A stretch of DNA of 64,000 nucleotides from Methanotrichaceae archaeon (GTDB lineage Archaea; Halobacteriota; Methanosarcinia; Methanotrichales; Methanotrichaceae): the NCBI GenBank assembly GCA_963803145.1, contig CAWDLW010000008.1:96001-160000 (forward strand), in the 5' to 3' direction. Position numbers and translations under genes: made by a program. Below are positions 20,441 to 30,663 of this stretch, one piece after another (position 1 is the first letter of the stretch; the number at the start of each line of letters is the position of its first letter). The notes under the pieces are model-generated. The model saw only the letters and a list, made by a program, of their open reading frames with translations, searched no databases and was not told the origin of the DNA.

Positions 20441-21235
20441 CTAAATACCGTCCAGAAGCGGAGCAATCTCTTTTGGATCTATCCTTGATGTCGAGTCCAA
20501 TGTTAGCGGAGTAATGGATATCTTCTTTTCCTGATAGACCGCCTGCACATCGGTCCCCTCGGCATCTGAGTATATCAGCTCGCCATCTATCCAATAGTAT
20601 GGCCTGCCTCTTGGATCAAACCTCTCCTGAACAGATGTCTTGAAGATCTTGCGGGCAAGCCTTGTGATTACAATGTCTGTGTCCTCTGTTGCACCATCAG
20701 GCACGTTTAGGTTCAGCACATCCACGCCTTTAGGCAGGCCGTGCTCCAGCACTTTAGAGGCTAATCTTCTGACTAAATTTATCGCAACATCGAAATTGTA
20801 TTTTGTTCCATGGTGAGTATCGAACTTGTCACCCTGATCAACCACCTGGATGGATGCAGCTATCGCAGGAATGCCGTAGCTTGCAGCCTCGAGTGCAGCA
20901 CCGATTGTCCCGCTGGTAGTTACAGTATCGGTGCTGATGTTCTCTCCAACGTTGATGCCAGATACCACAAGATCCGGCAGGCACTTCATTATGGCGAAGA
21001 TGCCCATGATGACAGAATCAGTCGGAGTTCCCGTGACCGCATAGGCCCTTTGGCTATCCAGGTTCACAGAAGCAAAGCGCAAAGGCTCGAAGACGGATAC
21101 GGATCTTCCAACACCACTCTTCTGCCCTGTTGGTGCTACAACGGTTACTTCGCCCAGCCCCTCAACGCTTCTAGCCACAGCCCTGAGGCCTGAAGCATAA
21201 ATGCCGTCATCATTTGTGACAAGTATCCTGTACAT
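20441..21235 (-). CDS. surE: 5'/3'-nucleotidase SurE
   Basis: ILVTNDDG, GTPTD, SGINVGEN, SGTIGAALEA. Confidence 0.96.
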   Translation of the reverse strand: MYRILVTNDDGIYASGLRAVARSVEGLGEVTVVAPTGQKSGVGRSVSVFEPLRFASVNLDSQRAYAVTGTPTDSVIMGIFAIMKCLPDLVVSGINVGENISTDTVTTSGTIGAALEAASYGIPAIAASIQVVDQGDKFDTHHGTKYNFDVAINLVRRLASKVLEHGLPKGVDVLNLNVPDGATEDTDIVITRLARKIFKTSVQERFDPRGRPYYWIDGELIYSDAEGTDVQAVYQEKKISITPLTLDSTSRIDPKEIAPLLDGI

Positions 21236-21418
21236 CTGAAGGATCTACTTAGGTCCAAGATATAAAAATCGATCTCATGAAGATGACGGCTTTTTCCAAG
21301 TATTAGCATTCGTATTAGTATTATAGTGTTTTACCCAAAGAATTACACTTAACAAACCACAAGAGCATGCTATGCATGTCGATAATAAGTTTTAGATTTT
21401 CAGTAAAACACTATAATA

Positions 21419-21440
21419 GCGGCCTTCCGGCCGCCATTTT
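21419..21440. terminator. GC hairpin immediately after the 21441..22646 stop codon
   Basis: GCGGCC-TTCC-GGCCGC perfect stem. Confidence 0.45.
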
Positions 21441-22646
21441 TCAAACGTTCTCAAGCCCAAGCAATAGATACTGAGGCCCATTCCATCTGCGATCTAATCC
21501 CGAGTCACGCCAGAAGAATGCCAGCTGGTTATCAATCTGTGCCACAAGCTCAAGGTTGCCCTTCTCCCCGAAATCACTCTGAATGAGGCTGACCGCATCA
21601 ATCTTGCCCGTATTCATGGCGAACATGAATGGCCCATACCAATGCAGATGAGGATCCTCGTTATCGCGCCAGTAATATCCAAGGCCGCCAGATCTTAAGG
21701 GTGTCACAAGCTCGAAGTTGCCAATGCCTTCACTGCTGCTCTGTATCATCGAGGGCGTCCCGGTTACGCCGGTTGCAATCAGTTCTGTGTCGTGCCATTC
21801 TGATTCAGTATCAGACCCGCGCCAGAAGAAGAACAGCTCGTCGCTTGAGCGTGCCACCATTTCCAGGTGATCCTCAAAGTTGCTCTGAATCATTGTTGCT
21901 GCATTGAATATCCCTGCATCTGTGGCAAAATCAATAGGCCCGTGCCAAGTCAGCTCAGCATCATCGTTGTCACGCCAGTAATAAGAGAAGCCGCCCTCTA
22001 CTTTCGGCACAACAACCTCGAAGTTGCCTCTTTGCCCAGATCTGCTCTGGATCAGGGCGGGGTTGCCTGAAAACAGAGGAACAAGAGAGTCCTTTGAGAT
22101 TTTATTAGGTCCATGCCAGTCAAAGCTCGGGCCCGAGTCGCGCCAGAAGTGCATAAGATTTTTGCCGCCGACATCAACTGCCACAAGCTCAAGGTTGCCC
22201 TGCTCACCGAAGTTGCTCTGTATTATAGAGACTCCTTGAATCATCCCTGCCTCACGGCCGAAAACCTCAGGCCCATTCCAAGGAAGCGTCTCATTATCAT
22301 TATCACGCCAGTAACGAGCCATGCCGCCATTAGCCAGAGGCACGACCAGCTCAAAGTTGCCTCTGTTTCCATAGGTGCTCCAGATCATGGAAGGAACTCC
22401 TGCGAAAGGTCCTTGAGCAACCATCTCTTTTGCAACACCCTTTCTTTTCGGAAGCTCTTTTGTCCTGTCTTCAACTGCTTTTTCAGGCCCTATTTTAACT
22501 ATGGTCTCTTCTTCTTTTATTGCTATTATCTCCTTAGGCCCGATATCTTCAGCCTTCATCGCCTTTTCCTTCCTAGATCTCACGCTTCTCTTTGATGTTT
22601 TGGGTTTTTTTGGTTCGTCCGTTTCTTTTCGAGTATTCCTAGCCAT
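21441..22646 (-). CDS. Repeat protein, probable 6-bladed beta-propeller with a Lys/Glu-rich N-terminal tail
   Basis: Six ~50-aa repeats of IQS...GN(F/L)E(L/V)V...(Y/F)WRD...W.GP; no signal peptide. Confidence 0.7.
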   Translation of the reverse strand: MARNTRKETDEPKKPKTSKRSVRSRKEKAMKAEDIGPKEIIAIKEEETIVKIGPEKAVEDRTKELPKRKGVAKEMVAQGPFAGVPSMIWSTYGNRGNFELVVPLANGGMARYWRDNDNETLPWNGPEVFGREAGMIQGVSIIQSNFGEQGNLELVAVDVGGKNLMHFWRDSGPSFDWHGPNKISKDSLVPLFSGNPALIQSRSGQRGNFEVVVPKVEGGFSYYWRDNDDAELTWHGPIDFATDAGIFNAATMIQSNFEDHLEMVARSSDELFFFWRGSDTESEWHDTELIATGVTGTPSMIQSSSEGIGNFELVTPLRSGGLGYYWRDNEDPHLHWYGPFMFAMNTGKIDAVSLIQSDFGEKGNLELVAQIDNQLAFFWRDSGLDRRWNGPQYLLLGLENV

Positions 22647-22825
22647 TATCTTTCAGCTCCTAAGCCCGAGACCGAAAAATGGGAGTCAAGATATAACATT
22701 CCATTTAAACAGAGAATGCCCCTGAATTAATGCTAAGCGGCACAGAGCCAAGGGGCATAGTAATTTCCAACTTCGCCCATGTTAGCAGCAGGTCTTCCTC
22801 CGGATGCTTTCAATCTCTTAACCAA

Positions 22826-22869
22826 TATTAGTAATGTTTCTTACTACTATTAGTAATGTTTCTTGCTAC
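22826..22869. repeat. 22-bp tandem repeat x2
   Basis: TATTAGTAATGTTTCTT(A/G)CTAC twice, one mismatch, intergenic. Confidence 0.85.
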
Positions 22870-23108
22870 TTTAAAATTCTGTCGTAAATTTGAGCCTTAA
22901 CACTAAGCAAGATTAAATATAATTTGCATTATGTTCCGTGTTTGGCTAAGACGATGGTTATTTAGCATCATAAGCACAGTTGTTTCAAGAGCGTCCGCGG
23001 TGACTATAGCCTAATTGGGGTTCACTCCATCATCTATCTAACATTTTGGCCGCAATCTCTTAACATCATTTTGACTGCGATTGAAGAGTTCAGTCTCTGC
23101 TAATGAAA

Positions 23109-23759
23109 TCAGTATCCGTTAAAGACATTTGACATAATCCGTGCTTCAGCCTTTCTCAGGTGCTCTATTGTTGCAGCCTTGCTAATTCCTATTTTCCCAG
23201 CCAATTGCTCACCGTTTATTCTGCGTGGATACTCGTAATATCCACTCCTTTTCGCCTCTAAGATAACTTCCCTTTGCCTATCGGTAAGGCAAGATAAAAC
23301 ATTATAATTCATGAAGGCTGTTTGTGAATATGATATGCTCTCGATCTTCCCGACAGTCCTGATGACATCGAGGAACCTTTTCAAGCTGTCTCTATCTCCG
23401 ATTACGCTTATGACCAATTTGTCATGAGTAATTATAGTGGGAGTATCCCATATCAGATCTAGATCAAGACTTTTCATGAATGCTACATGCTCTTTAGGAA
23501 CTTTTACTTTGATAAAGCAGGTATACTTGTTTGCCTCGGCTTTTATTACATCAAGTATTTCCACTCTGTCTGAATTCTTCAACTCCTCCAACGAAAATCC
23601 ATCTTCCAAAGTGCATATGCCAATTCCGAGTCTCACACCTTTATCAAAATCCGTCTTTAAGATCTGTAGAGCTTCTATCGATTTAATTTTATTAAATATA
23701 TCATCCTTCATCTGGGTAGTTTCAGAATTAGGAATCAATATGATTGTGACTTTTCTCAT
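23109..23759 (-). CDS. HTH-10 (Bat-type) transcriptional regulator
   Basis: LTDRQREV...A...GYYEYPRRI...LA..IGISK....EHLRKAE. Confidence 0.92.
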   Translation of the reverse strand: MRKVTIILIPNSETTQMKDDIFNKIKSIEALQILKTDFDKGVRLGIGICTLEDGFSLEELKNSDRVEILDVIKAEANKYTCFIKVKVPKEHVAFMKSLDLDLIWDTPTIITHDKLVISVIGDRDSLKRFLDVIRTVGKIESISYSQTAFMNYNVLSCLTDRQREVILEAKRSGYYEYPRRINGEQLAGKIGISKAATIEHLRKAEARIMSNVFNGY

Positions 23760-23941
23760 ACTACTCTCAGATTCAGCTCCCGCAATATAAATGCCTTACA
23801 TGGCAGGCACAATCTAATTAATTATGGAGTTGGCAGTATTGATGGCTTAAGTGTCTCGGGCAGGGATAATATGAAGGATGATATAGTTCAAAATATGCCA
23901 TATGATAGAGATGATTTGAAAAATAACCCTTTAAGGACCCA

Positions 23942-25120
23942 ATGCAGGAGCTGATAGAGTTGTTATACCGTGAGAACCATCGCATGTATGCCGATTTTAA
24001 GCATTCATTTGCGTTTATAATCCTTCTGGCTGTAGTGACTATTGCCTTAGCTTTCCCTGTCTCATGCCAGACCCTTCCAGTCCAGACAACTCAAGGGCCA
24101 ACGACACCGCCTGCATATATGCAAGGACCCCCAACCATACCAGCCGATTTTTCAGGCAATTGGTACTCTGTCGAGGGCGGACCGAATCTGCAGATTACGC
24201 TAGCGCGCTCTAGCATATACCGAAATCAGAATACTTCTCTTTATCTGACAGTGACGAACAATGGCCGCGTCACATCCTTCAAAGTAGTAACACAGCCTAA
24301 TCCCACCCGTCCTGATGAGGTCTTCGCTGCCCAACAAGAGCTGCAGCTTGAAGCTCTCAGATCTACGGCCCAGGATATATCGGTCAAGCTCGTTACAGTG
24401 AACAGCAGTGCCATGGACCTGAAGCGTGAGGTGGCATATGCAGGATCACTGCGGGAAGGCCAGGTATCACAGCCGCTTGTGTATCCAATCGAAGTTTACG
24501 AAAATACAGTGCCTGGAGACTATACGCTTTATGCTATAGCCAATTACACTTACCAGCAGGATGTGGCGGTAAAGCCTCACAGTGATAGCCCACAGAATCC
24601 TGATGTCTATTACTGGTATAACACCGCCAGCCAAACCATTCCTATAACCTTGAATGTGCAGAAGCTGAGCCTCGTTGATCTAAAGGCTCTGAGCATATCC
24701 CCTGGAGCCCTCGACATCGGCTCGAAGAATAATGTAGTGAAGGTAGTAATCCAGAACCAAGGAACTGATATCGCAAAGGATGTTGTTGCTAGGCTCAGGC
24801 CCGAGACAGGCGTCTACGTAGATATGGATGAGTCGCCAATTCCGCTTCTCCGGCCGGGCGAAAAGGCCGAGCTTATTTACAAAGTGGATATATCAAAAGA
24901 TGCAATCGCCGGCAAGTCGTACAGGTTCACGCTGCTCTTTGATTACTCGGACACATATAGAAAGAACCTTGAAGATACCGATTATGTTTACATGTCAATT
25001 CAGCCCAGCCTCTCCGGCCTTATCCTTCAATATTGGTGGGCTGCGATAATCGTCTTGGCCATCATAGCTGTAGCAGCAGTCTCTATAATCAGGCGCAGGA
25101 GGAGTGCACCTGGCCAATAA
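23942..25120 (+). CDS. COG1361-like S-layer/Ig-fold exported protein with C-terminal TM anchor
   Basis: Signal peptide, Ig-like repeats, C-terminal TM followed by RRRR; first gene of an ABC exporter cluster. Confidence 0.75.
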   Translation: MQELIELLYRENHRMYADFKHSFAFIILLAVVTIALAFPVSCQTLPVQTTQGPTTPPAYMQGPPTIPADFSGNWYSVEGGPNLQITLARSSIYRNQNTSLYLTVTNNGRVTSFKVVTQPNPTRPDEVFAAQQELQLEALRSTAQDISVKLVTVNSSAMDLKREVAYAGSLREGQVSQPLVYPIEVYENTVPGDYTLYAIANYTYQQDVAVKPHSDSPQNPDVYYWYNTASQTIPITLNVQKLSLVDLKALSISPGALDIGSKNNVVKVVIQNQGTDIAKDVVARLRPETGVYVDMDESPIPLLRPGEKAELIYKVDISKDAIAGKSYRFTLLFDYSDTYRKNLEDTDYVYMSIQPSLSGLILQYWWAAIIVLAIIAVAAVSIIRRRRSAPGQ

Positions 25121-25162
25121 GCATTCGAATTATGCCACTGCAGCCATAGCTACGGAGGATCG

Positions 25163-26086
25163 ATGAATGCCGAGCTTATGCAGGCGCGAGATTTGGATAA
25201 GTTCGCAGTGATTGGGCAGGGAGTCACCAAGAGCTTTGATAGCCTGCGCGTTTTGCAGAATATGTCGGTCAATATCCCCCGTGGAGTTACCTATTGTCTC
25301 TTGGGCCCAAACGGATCCGGGAAGACTACTTTGATGAGAGCGATTATGGGCCTTGTAAAGCTGGACTCAGGGGATATCTATGTGCTGGATGAGCCTTTGG
25401 ATCAGATAAGCAAGGTATATCCAAGGCTAGGATATATGCCTCAGCAGAGGCCGCTATATCCCGATATCACAGTTAAGGAAAATCTTGAGTTCTTCGCCGG
25501 GCTCTATGGAATTCAGGGCCGGGAGCGGGATATGAGGATCGATGATGTTCTGAAGATCGTGGATCTATCCGAGACCAAAAACAGGATAACAGGCACGCTA
25601 AGCGGAGGAATGTATCAAAGGATTTCGCTCGCCTGCACCCTGATCCATAGCCCGGATCTGCTGCTGCTGGATGAGCCCACTGTCGGAATTGATCCTGTGA
25701 CCAAGCAAACCTTCTGGGGATATTTCAGGGATCTTGCCAAAGAGGGCAAGACAATCGTCATCACCACCCATATTATGGAAGAGGCAGAAAAATGTGATTT
25801 GGTGGGGTTCATGCGAGATGGGCGGATGCTGGCAGAGAGCAGCCCTGATGAGCTAAAAAAGTTTGCAGGTCTGAAGAAACAACTCCGGATGAGGGTAGAA
25901 AACCCTGAGCAAGAGATGGCAAGGCTGGTTGGAGAAGGCGTGGAAGTACATAGGGATGGAGATATGCTTGTTGCTGACATTGCTGATACCTCTAAGATGA
26001 GGGATATACTCGACCAGGTGAAGCCTATTGACTTCAATGTCATCGAACCCACCCTGGAGGATGCTTTCCTCAAGCTTGCAGTCTGA
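25163..26086 (+). CDS. ABC-2 type transporter ATP-binding protein
   Basis: GPNGSGKT, LSGG, LLLLDEPT, TTH. Confidence 0.95.
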   Translation: MNAELMQARDLDKFAVIGQGVTKSFDSLRVLQNMSVNIPRGVTYCLLGPNGSGKTTLMRAIMGLVKLDSGDIYVLDEPLDQISKVYPRLGYMPQQRPLYPDITVKENLEFFAGLYGIQGRERDMRIDDVLKIVDLSETKNRITGTLSGGMYQRISLACTLIHSPDLLLLDEPTVGIDPVTKQTFWGYFRDLAKEGKTIVITTHIMEEAEKCDLVGFMRDGRMLAESSPDELKKFAGLKKQLRMRVENPEQEMARLVGEGVEVHRDGDMLVADIADTSKMRDILDQVKPIDFNVIEPTLEDAFLKLAV

Positions 26087-26100
26087 TCTCATAAGGAGCT

Positions 26101-27210
26101 ATGGATATGGAACACATCAAGGGTGGTACACAAAGTCTGCACAGGATATGGGCCGTAGGGCTAAGAGTGATCCGTCAGATTAAGCGAGATCGGCGCACAA
26201 TAGTTACCATGATCGTTAACCCTATAATACTGATGATTATCCTGGGTTATTCGCTCTCTGCAACCTTGACTGGGATAAACCTTGGCGTCGTGGATCAACA
26301 AAATGGACCTATTCAGGGAGGTGTTCTAGCCCATCTCCAGGCATCGGATGCATTTTCGATCACCTACCTTGCCTCTGAGTCCGAGGCTCGAAGGCTGATC
26401 ACTGAAGGAAGGATTAATGGCGCAGTAGTCCTGAGTGGGAATGAAATAAGAATGCTACTTGATGGAACCAGCCCTCAAGTGGCGGGCACTATTACAGGAA
26501 ATGTAGCAGCAGGAATGCAAGTGGGGGCCGTGCAGATTCTAAGCAGCCTGCCAATCCCAAGTCAGCTCCCAGCAGTCACTACTTATTATGTCTATGGCTA
26601 TGATCTTGAGGCAAAGGATGCGCTTGGTGCATCTCTACTTGGCATCTCCATATTCTTCTTCGCATTCCTCAATACAGCAATCGCATTTCTCCGGGAGAGG
26701 ACTCAGGGCACACTGGAGAAGGTTCTGGTATCACCTCTGGATAGGATTGAGCTCGTCTCCGGCTATATCCTGGGATTCAGCTTTGTGGCTATCGCCCAGG
26801 CTGCAATCACCTTCACTCTTCTAGTGGTGGTATTCAGGGTACCCATCCAGGGCAGCTGGCTGGCGGTTCTCGTCATAGTCATACTTCTCAGTGCCGGATC
26901 GCTCAGCTTCGGGGCGTTTCTGTCCAACTTCGTCACCTCTGAGTATCAGGTAATGCAGCTAAATCCAGTAGTATCATTTCCCCAAATATTACTTTCTGGT
27001 GCTTGGTTCCCCCTTAATTCGGTGCCGGATTGGCTGAGGCCTCTGGCGTACATCTTCCCCATCACTTACTCTACAGATGCCTTGAAAATGGTGCTGCTGA
27101 AAGGAGCAACTTTGGGCGATATCCTTTATCCCGATGTATTTGCGCTATTGCTGTTCTTCTTGCTGACCTTCTTTATGGCTACATTTATGCTAAGGAAGGA
27201 GATCGCCTGA
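26101..27210 (+). CDS. ABC-2 type transporter permease
   Basis: RDRRT, RERTQGTLE, LSGAWFP...PDWL, multiple TM helices. Confidence 0.93.
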   Translation: MDMEHIKGGTQSLHRIWAVGLRVIRQIKRDRRTIVTMIVNPIILMIILGYSLSATLTGINLGVVDQQNGPIQGGVLAHLQASDAFSITYLASESEARRLITEGRINGAVVLSGNEIRMLLDGTSPQVAGTITGNVAAGMQVGAVQILSSLPIPSQLPAVTTYYVYGYDLEAKDALGASLLGISIFFFAFLNTAIAFLRERTQGTLEKVLVSPLDRIELVSGYILGFSFVAIAQAAITFTLLVVVFRVPIQGSWLAVLVIVILLSAGSLSFGAFLSNFVTSEYQVMQLNPVVSFPQILLSGAWFPLNSVPDWLRPLAYIFPITYSTDALKMVLLKGATLGDILYPDVFALLLFFLLTFFMATFMLRKEIA

Positions 27211-27237
27211 GCGAGAAGCTTCTTTAATCCTTTCTAT

Positions 27238-27460
27238 TGGGGCTAACACTAACATCTATAATAGCGCACTGTAGTCGCCGTGCAGGCTTATTGATCGATA
27301 ATTCTTGAAATAGCGTTCTTCAAGAGATTACGATTCAAGAGCGTACATTCAAGAACAACTTTAGCTTTGCGTTTGGGGCTGCTACCAATTTAAGAGACTA
27401 TACCTTCTTCTGGGGCTAATACTAACTACACTCTAGCGCGCTCAGTCGCCGCGCGGGCTT
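27238..27460. repeat. Two imperfect ~50-bp direct repeats at the left edge of the accessory island
   Basis: TGGGGCTAA(C/T)ACTAAC...TAGCGC(A/G)CT..AGTCGCCG(T/C)GC(A/G)GGCTT at 27238 and 27411. Confidence 0.75.
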
Positions 27461-27620
27461 CCCCTGACCCCTCTCCGGGGGAAGGTTTTGGAAATATATG
27501 TTGTAAGGTTGAATAAAATAGAATCAGCTAGCTCTACTATCATAAATTTTGAATCGATATCTCATCATCATTATTGTACAGCTGCTTGCGACACTCCTGC
27601 TGGCAGCCCTGCAGCCACCC

Positions 27621-28184
27621 TTATTGTAGAGCCTCCAGTGCCTTAGTTAAAGCCGCTAGATCGCCTTCAAGCTTCTCTTTGAGGATAACCATTGATGATG
27701 CCTCACCAATAACCTTTATCAAGCCCTTTGAAATTGCCGCGAAACCGAATGCAATTATAGCTGCCTCAGATGTAAGCACATCCTCATCCGTATTCTCCCA
27801 TCCCAGGTGCAGACTTTCCGACCATTCGCCATAGCGATGTGTCCTTGCCAGGAGGCCGTTCTCATAGAGAATCAGCCTGTACTCGCTGAAAAAGCCTAAA
27901 CTCCCCTCAAGCTGTACCCTTTCTTCTCTTGTCAGAATGACGATCTCACGGCGGTAAAGCTGCTCACAGTCTTCACTCAGCAGAGGCACCAGAGGTGTGG
28001 CCTTCTCCAGGATTGCTTTCAGGACTACTGCTTCTCTCTCCAGGGTTTCCTTTTTCAGATCTGCAATCTTGAAGGCCAGCGGCTGAAGCTCATCCAGTGC
28101 TGTACTCAGCCCTGATAACATGTCTGTGGTTATTGAATCGGTAGATGCCAGAACAGCGTTTTCAGAATGGTTTGGGGCGGCCAT
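27621..28184 (-). CDS. Hypothetical protein
   Basis: 187-aa ATG ORF starting immediately after the upstream stop codon. Confidence 0.7.
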   Translation of the reverse strand: MAAPNHSENAVLASTDSITTDMLSGLSTALDELQPLAFKIADLKKETLEREAVVLKAILEKATPLVPLLSEDCEQLYRREIVILTREERVQLEGSLGFFSEYRLILYENGLLARTHRYGEWSESLHLGWENTDEDVLTSEAAIIAFGFAAISKGLIKVIGEASSMVILKEKLEGDLAALTKALEALQ

Positions 28185-28400
28185 TTAGACCGCCTCTGCT
28201 TCAGTGATCTCCTGAGAGGAGCTTCGGATGGAGCCTTTGCAGCCATCGATGCTTATTGTGGCGAATTCGAAAGGGAGTTCCAAGTTAAAGATGTGCATGG
28301 CCTCAGAGAAATCGCCAACATCTGGGCCCATATTCTCCAACTCCTCAGCCGCTTCCTGGATGCTCAGGACTTTTCCACCGATATGACCTATGCCGCTCAT
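28185..28400 (-). CDS. Small hypothetical protein (71 aa from ATG 28400)
   Basis: SD GAGGTG before ATG 28400; abuts the downstream ORF. Confidence 0.6.
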   Translation of the reverse strand: MSGIGHIGGKVLSIQEAAEELENMGPDVGDFSEAMHIFNLELPFEFATISIDGCKGSIRSSSQEITEAEAV

Positions 28401-28543
28401 ACGCCACACCTCTATACCACGTGTTGGTGGTAAACATATATATACTTTGTCCCACTTTAAGACATAATGCATAAATACGATTGGGATTAATATGGGCGAT
28501 TATGGATAAGCTATTAATAAATCAAACCCCGATAATATCGAAT

Positions 28544-28684
28544 ATGGGAGAGACGTTCATTGCGGAATTAGATGAGAAAGGCAGAATACGTTTTACTCGC
28601 CCAATGCTTAAGGCATTGGGTCTCAAGCCAGGTGAACTAGTTAGAATAACTGCGGAGAAAGTAAAGCCCAATGAGGCTTCCTGA
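28544..28684 (+). CDS. AbrB/MazE/SpoVT-type DNA-binding protein
   Basis: LDEKGRIRF...LKALGLKPGELVRI swapped-hairpin signature; divergent from the 28400 gene. Confidence 0.85.
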   Translation: MGETFIAELDEKGRIRFTRPMLKALGLKPGELVRITAEKVKPNEAS

Positions 28685-28747
28685 AATCCCTAAACTCAAC
28701 CAAAAGCTTTTTCGCCTGAGACCTTGGCCCTATCTTAGGGATTGATC

Positions 28748-29353
28748 ATGAAGATATGGCCGATTTTGCTTTTGCTCCTATTGATAGGATTTACTTATGG
28801 AGAGACTTATCAGCTTGGAAACTACGAAATAAGTTTTAATTTGAGTGCTCCAGCTAACTTTGTTCTAGAAACTCCTATTCATCAGATTACTACAGTAGAT
28901 GCTTGGATGTACGGCCTCAATATCACCCCTTCAAGTGGCGGCTGGATAAAAATAAGCACCGAGGAAAGTTCGCAGCCAATACGACAAGAAGGATTACAAA
29001 ATATGGCAGCAATGCGCCGCGTAGAATTGATGAATTTAGGCATTGAATGATATCAGGATCGATTAATAGATTATAAGGGGCATGCAGCTGTCAGTAGTTA
29101 CTTACCAACTCAACGCCTCATGGCCAATGGCAAGATTCTAGGACAAATGCCAGAGATTTATACTCTGACATATTCACAGGATAATTATACCCTAGTAATT
29201 GTAGAAGCACATGATGTAAATGAGACGATATATTCGGACCTTCTAGATTCAATGAATTTGATTAAATCAAGCTCTCAGAATCAATGGCATAAGGAGCCCT
29301 ACATAGGCCCCAAGGATCAGGCTGGTCCCAATTATCTCGATACAGCCAAGTAG
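28748..29353 (+). pseudogene. Secreted protein paralogue 1 with an in-frame TGA at 29048-29050
   Basis: The frame continues past the TGA (YQDRLIDYKGHAA...MANG...) and aligns with the paralogues over their full length. Confidence 0.8.
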
Positions 29354-29457
29354 CAACCGAGAAAGTCAGGACTCGAAGGAATATTGCAGGATTGGCTGAA
29401 TTGCCCCAATCTAAGACCAAAAGCTTTTTCGCCTGATGACATACTTAAGCATCGATC

Positions 29458-29988
29458 ATGAAGATATGGCTTGTATTAGTTTTGCTATTACTGATAGGAC
29501 CTGTTCATGGGGCCACTTATCAGCTCGGGTCGCATAATGTAAGCATAAACTTAGATATCCCTGCAAACTATACCCAGGAATTACCAACTTACCTAAAGGA
29601 TATTGGAACATGGGGGTATATGTTAAACGTGACCCCCAAATCAGGTGGATATATATTAATTTACTTGTCAGATAATGCCGTACCTGTTTATGGAAGCAAA
29701 ATAATTGACGAGGCTGGAAATGCTCTTGTAAATAATTCTATTCAGGCTGGCATAGGTGGGCTCAAATACGGAACTCGTACTTACCAAGGACACGATGCAT
29801 TCGAAATATCGGCACCCGCGCAGAGGATAGCAGCTAACGGAGGGTATTGGAATTGGCCAGAGTTTTTTTCGCTGATTTATCTACAAGACGAAATGACATT
29901 TGTAAGGATAACTGCGATAAATACTGGCGAATCAATTTTCAGGAAAGTCCTCAACTCTACAACTATCACAAAAATCTCCCAGAGGTGA
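29458..29988 (+). CDS. Secreted hypothetical protein, paralogue 2
   Basis: Signal peptide MKIWLVLVLLLLIG; TYQLGSH, LNVTPKSGG, TYQGHDAFEIS. Confidence 0.85.
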   Translation: MKIWLVLVLLLLIGPVHGATYQLGSHNVSINLDIPANYTQELPTYLKDIGTWGYMLNVTPKSGGYILIYLSDNAVPVYGSKIIDEAGNALVNNSIQAGIGGLKYGTRTYQGHDAFEISAPAQRIAANGGYWNWPEFFSLIYLQDEMTFVRITAINTGESIFRKVLNSTTITKISQR

Positions 29989-29993
29989 TTAAA

Positions 29994-30566
29994 ATGAAGA
30001 TTAGCCTATTTATCTTGCTTCTCCTCATCGGAGTTGTGTCCGCCAATACCAGTGTTTTAGGATCGCATGATGTAAGTGTTAACCTAAGTGTTCCAGCTGT
30101 TTATGCCGTAGAGACTCCAATATATGATTCAACCTCCGATATGTGGACATACATATTAAACATAACTCCAAATACCGGCGGCTCTGCGTATATAACTTTA
30201 AATGAGCTAAACAGCCCTGTGTATAACTCTGCAATGGTGAAGAACTTTGCGGATTATGCGGTCAAGAGCACCAGCGGATTCGGGAACGTAAAATATGGGA
30301 TGATAACTTACCAAGGGCATGACGCTTTTGAAATATCATATCCGGCGCAAGTAGTAGCGCAAAGCGATGGATCAAGTGAAACCCTTGCTGAGTTTCATGG
30401 ACTAGTATTCATGCCAGACCCAGTGTCTAGAGTCTTATTAGACACGTTAAATACTGGCGATGCAGTGTATAAGGAAATTTTTAACTCGCTTAAAATATCC
30501 AAGAATATGACGAAATCCACCAACGCCAAAGAATCTTTGAATCCTCTGCCCATAAATCCGCCTTGA
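29994..30566 (+). CDS. Secreted hypothetical protein, paralogue 3 (start ATG 29994)
   Basis: SD GAGGTGA; signal peptide MKISLFILLLLIG; LGSH, LNITPNTGG, TYQGHDAFEIS. Confidence 0.85.
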   Translation: MKISLFILLLLIGVVSANTSVLGSHDVSVNLSVPAVYAVETPIYDSTSDMWTYILNITPNTGGSAYITLNELNSPVYNSAMVKNFADYAVKSTSGFGNVKYGMITYQGHDAFEISYPAQVVAQSDGSSETLAEFHGLVFMPDPVSRVLLDTLNTGDAVYKEIFNSLKISKNMTKSTNAKESLNPLPINPP

Positions 30567-30663
30567 AGGCCAAAACCTTTTTCGTTTGATCCGTTATTCC
30601 TCCTAATCCGAGGGATTGATCGTGAGGAAGGGCTGGTGATGATTCTGGAAGCAGGCGAGTATT

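Noticed and set aside
29048-29050. In-frame TGA as selenocysteine or pyrrolysine recoding
   Set aside because: Pyrrolysine uses TAG. The paralogues have no Cys here and no SECIS-like element was recognised. A nonsense change is simpler.
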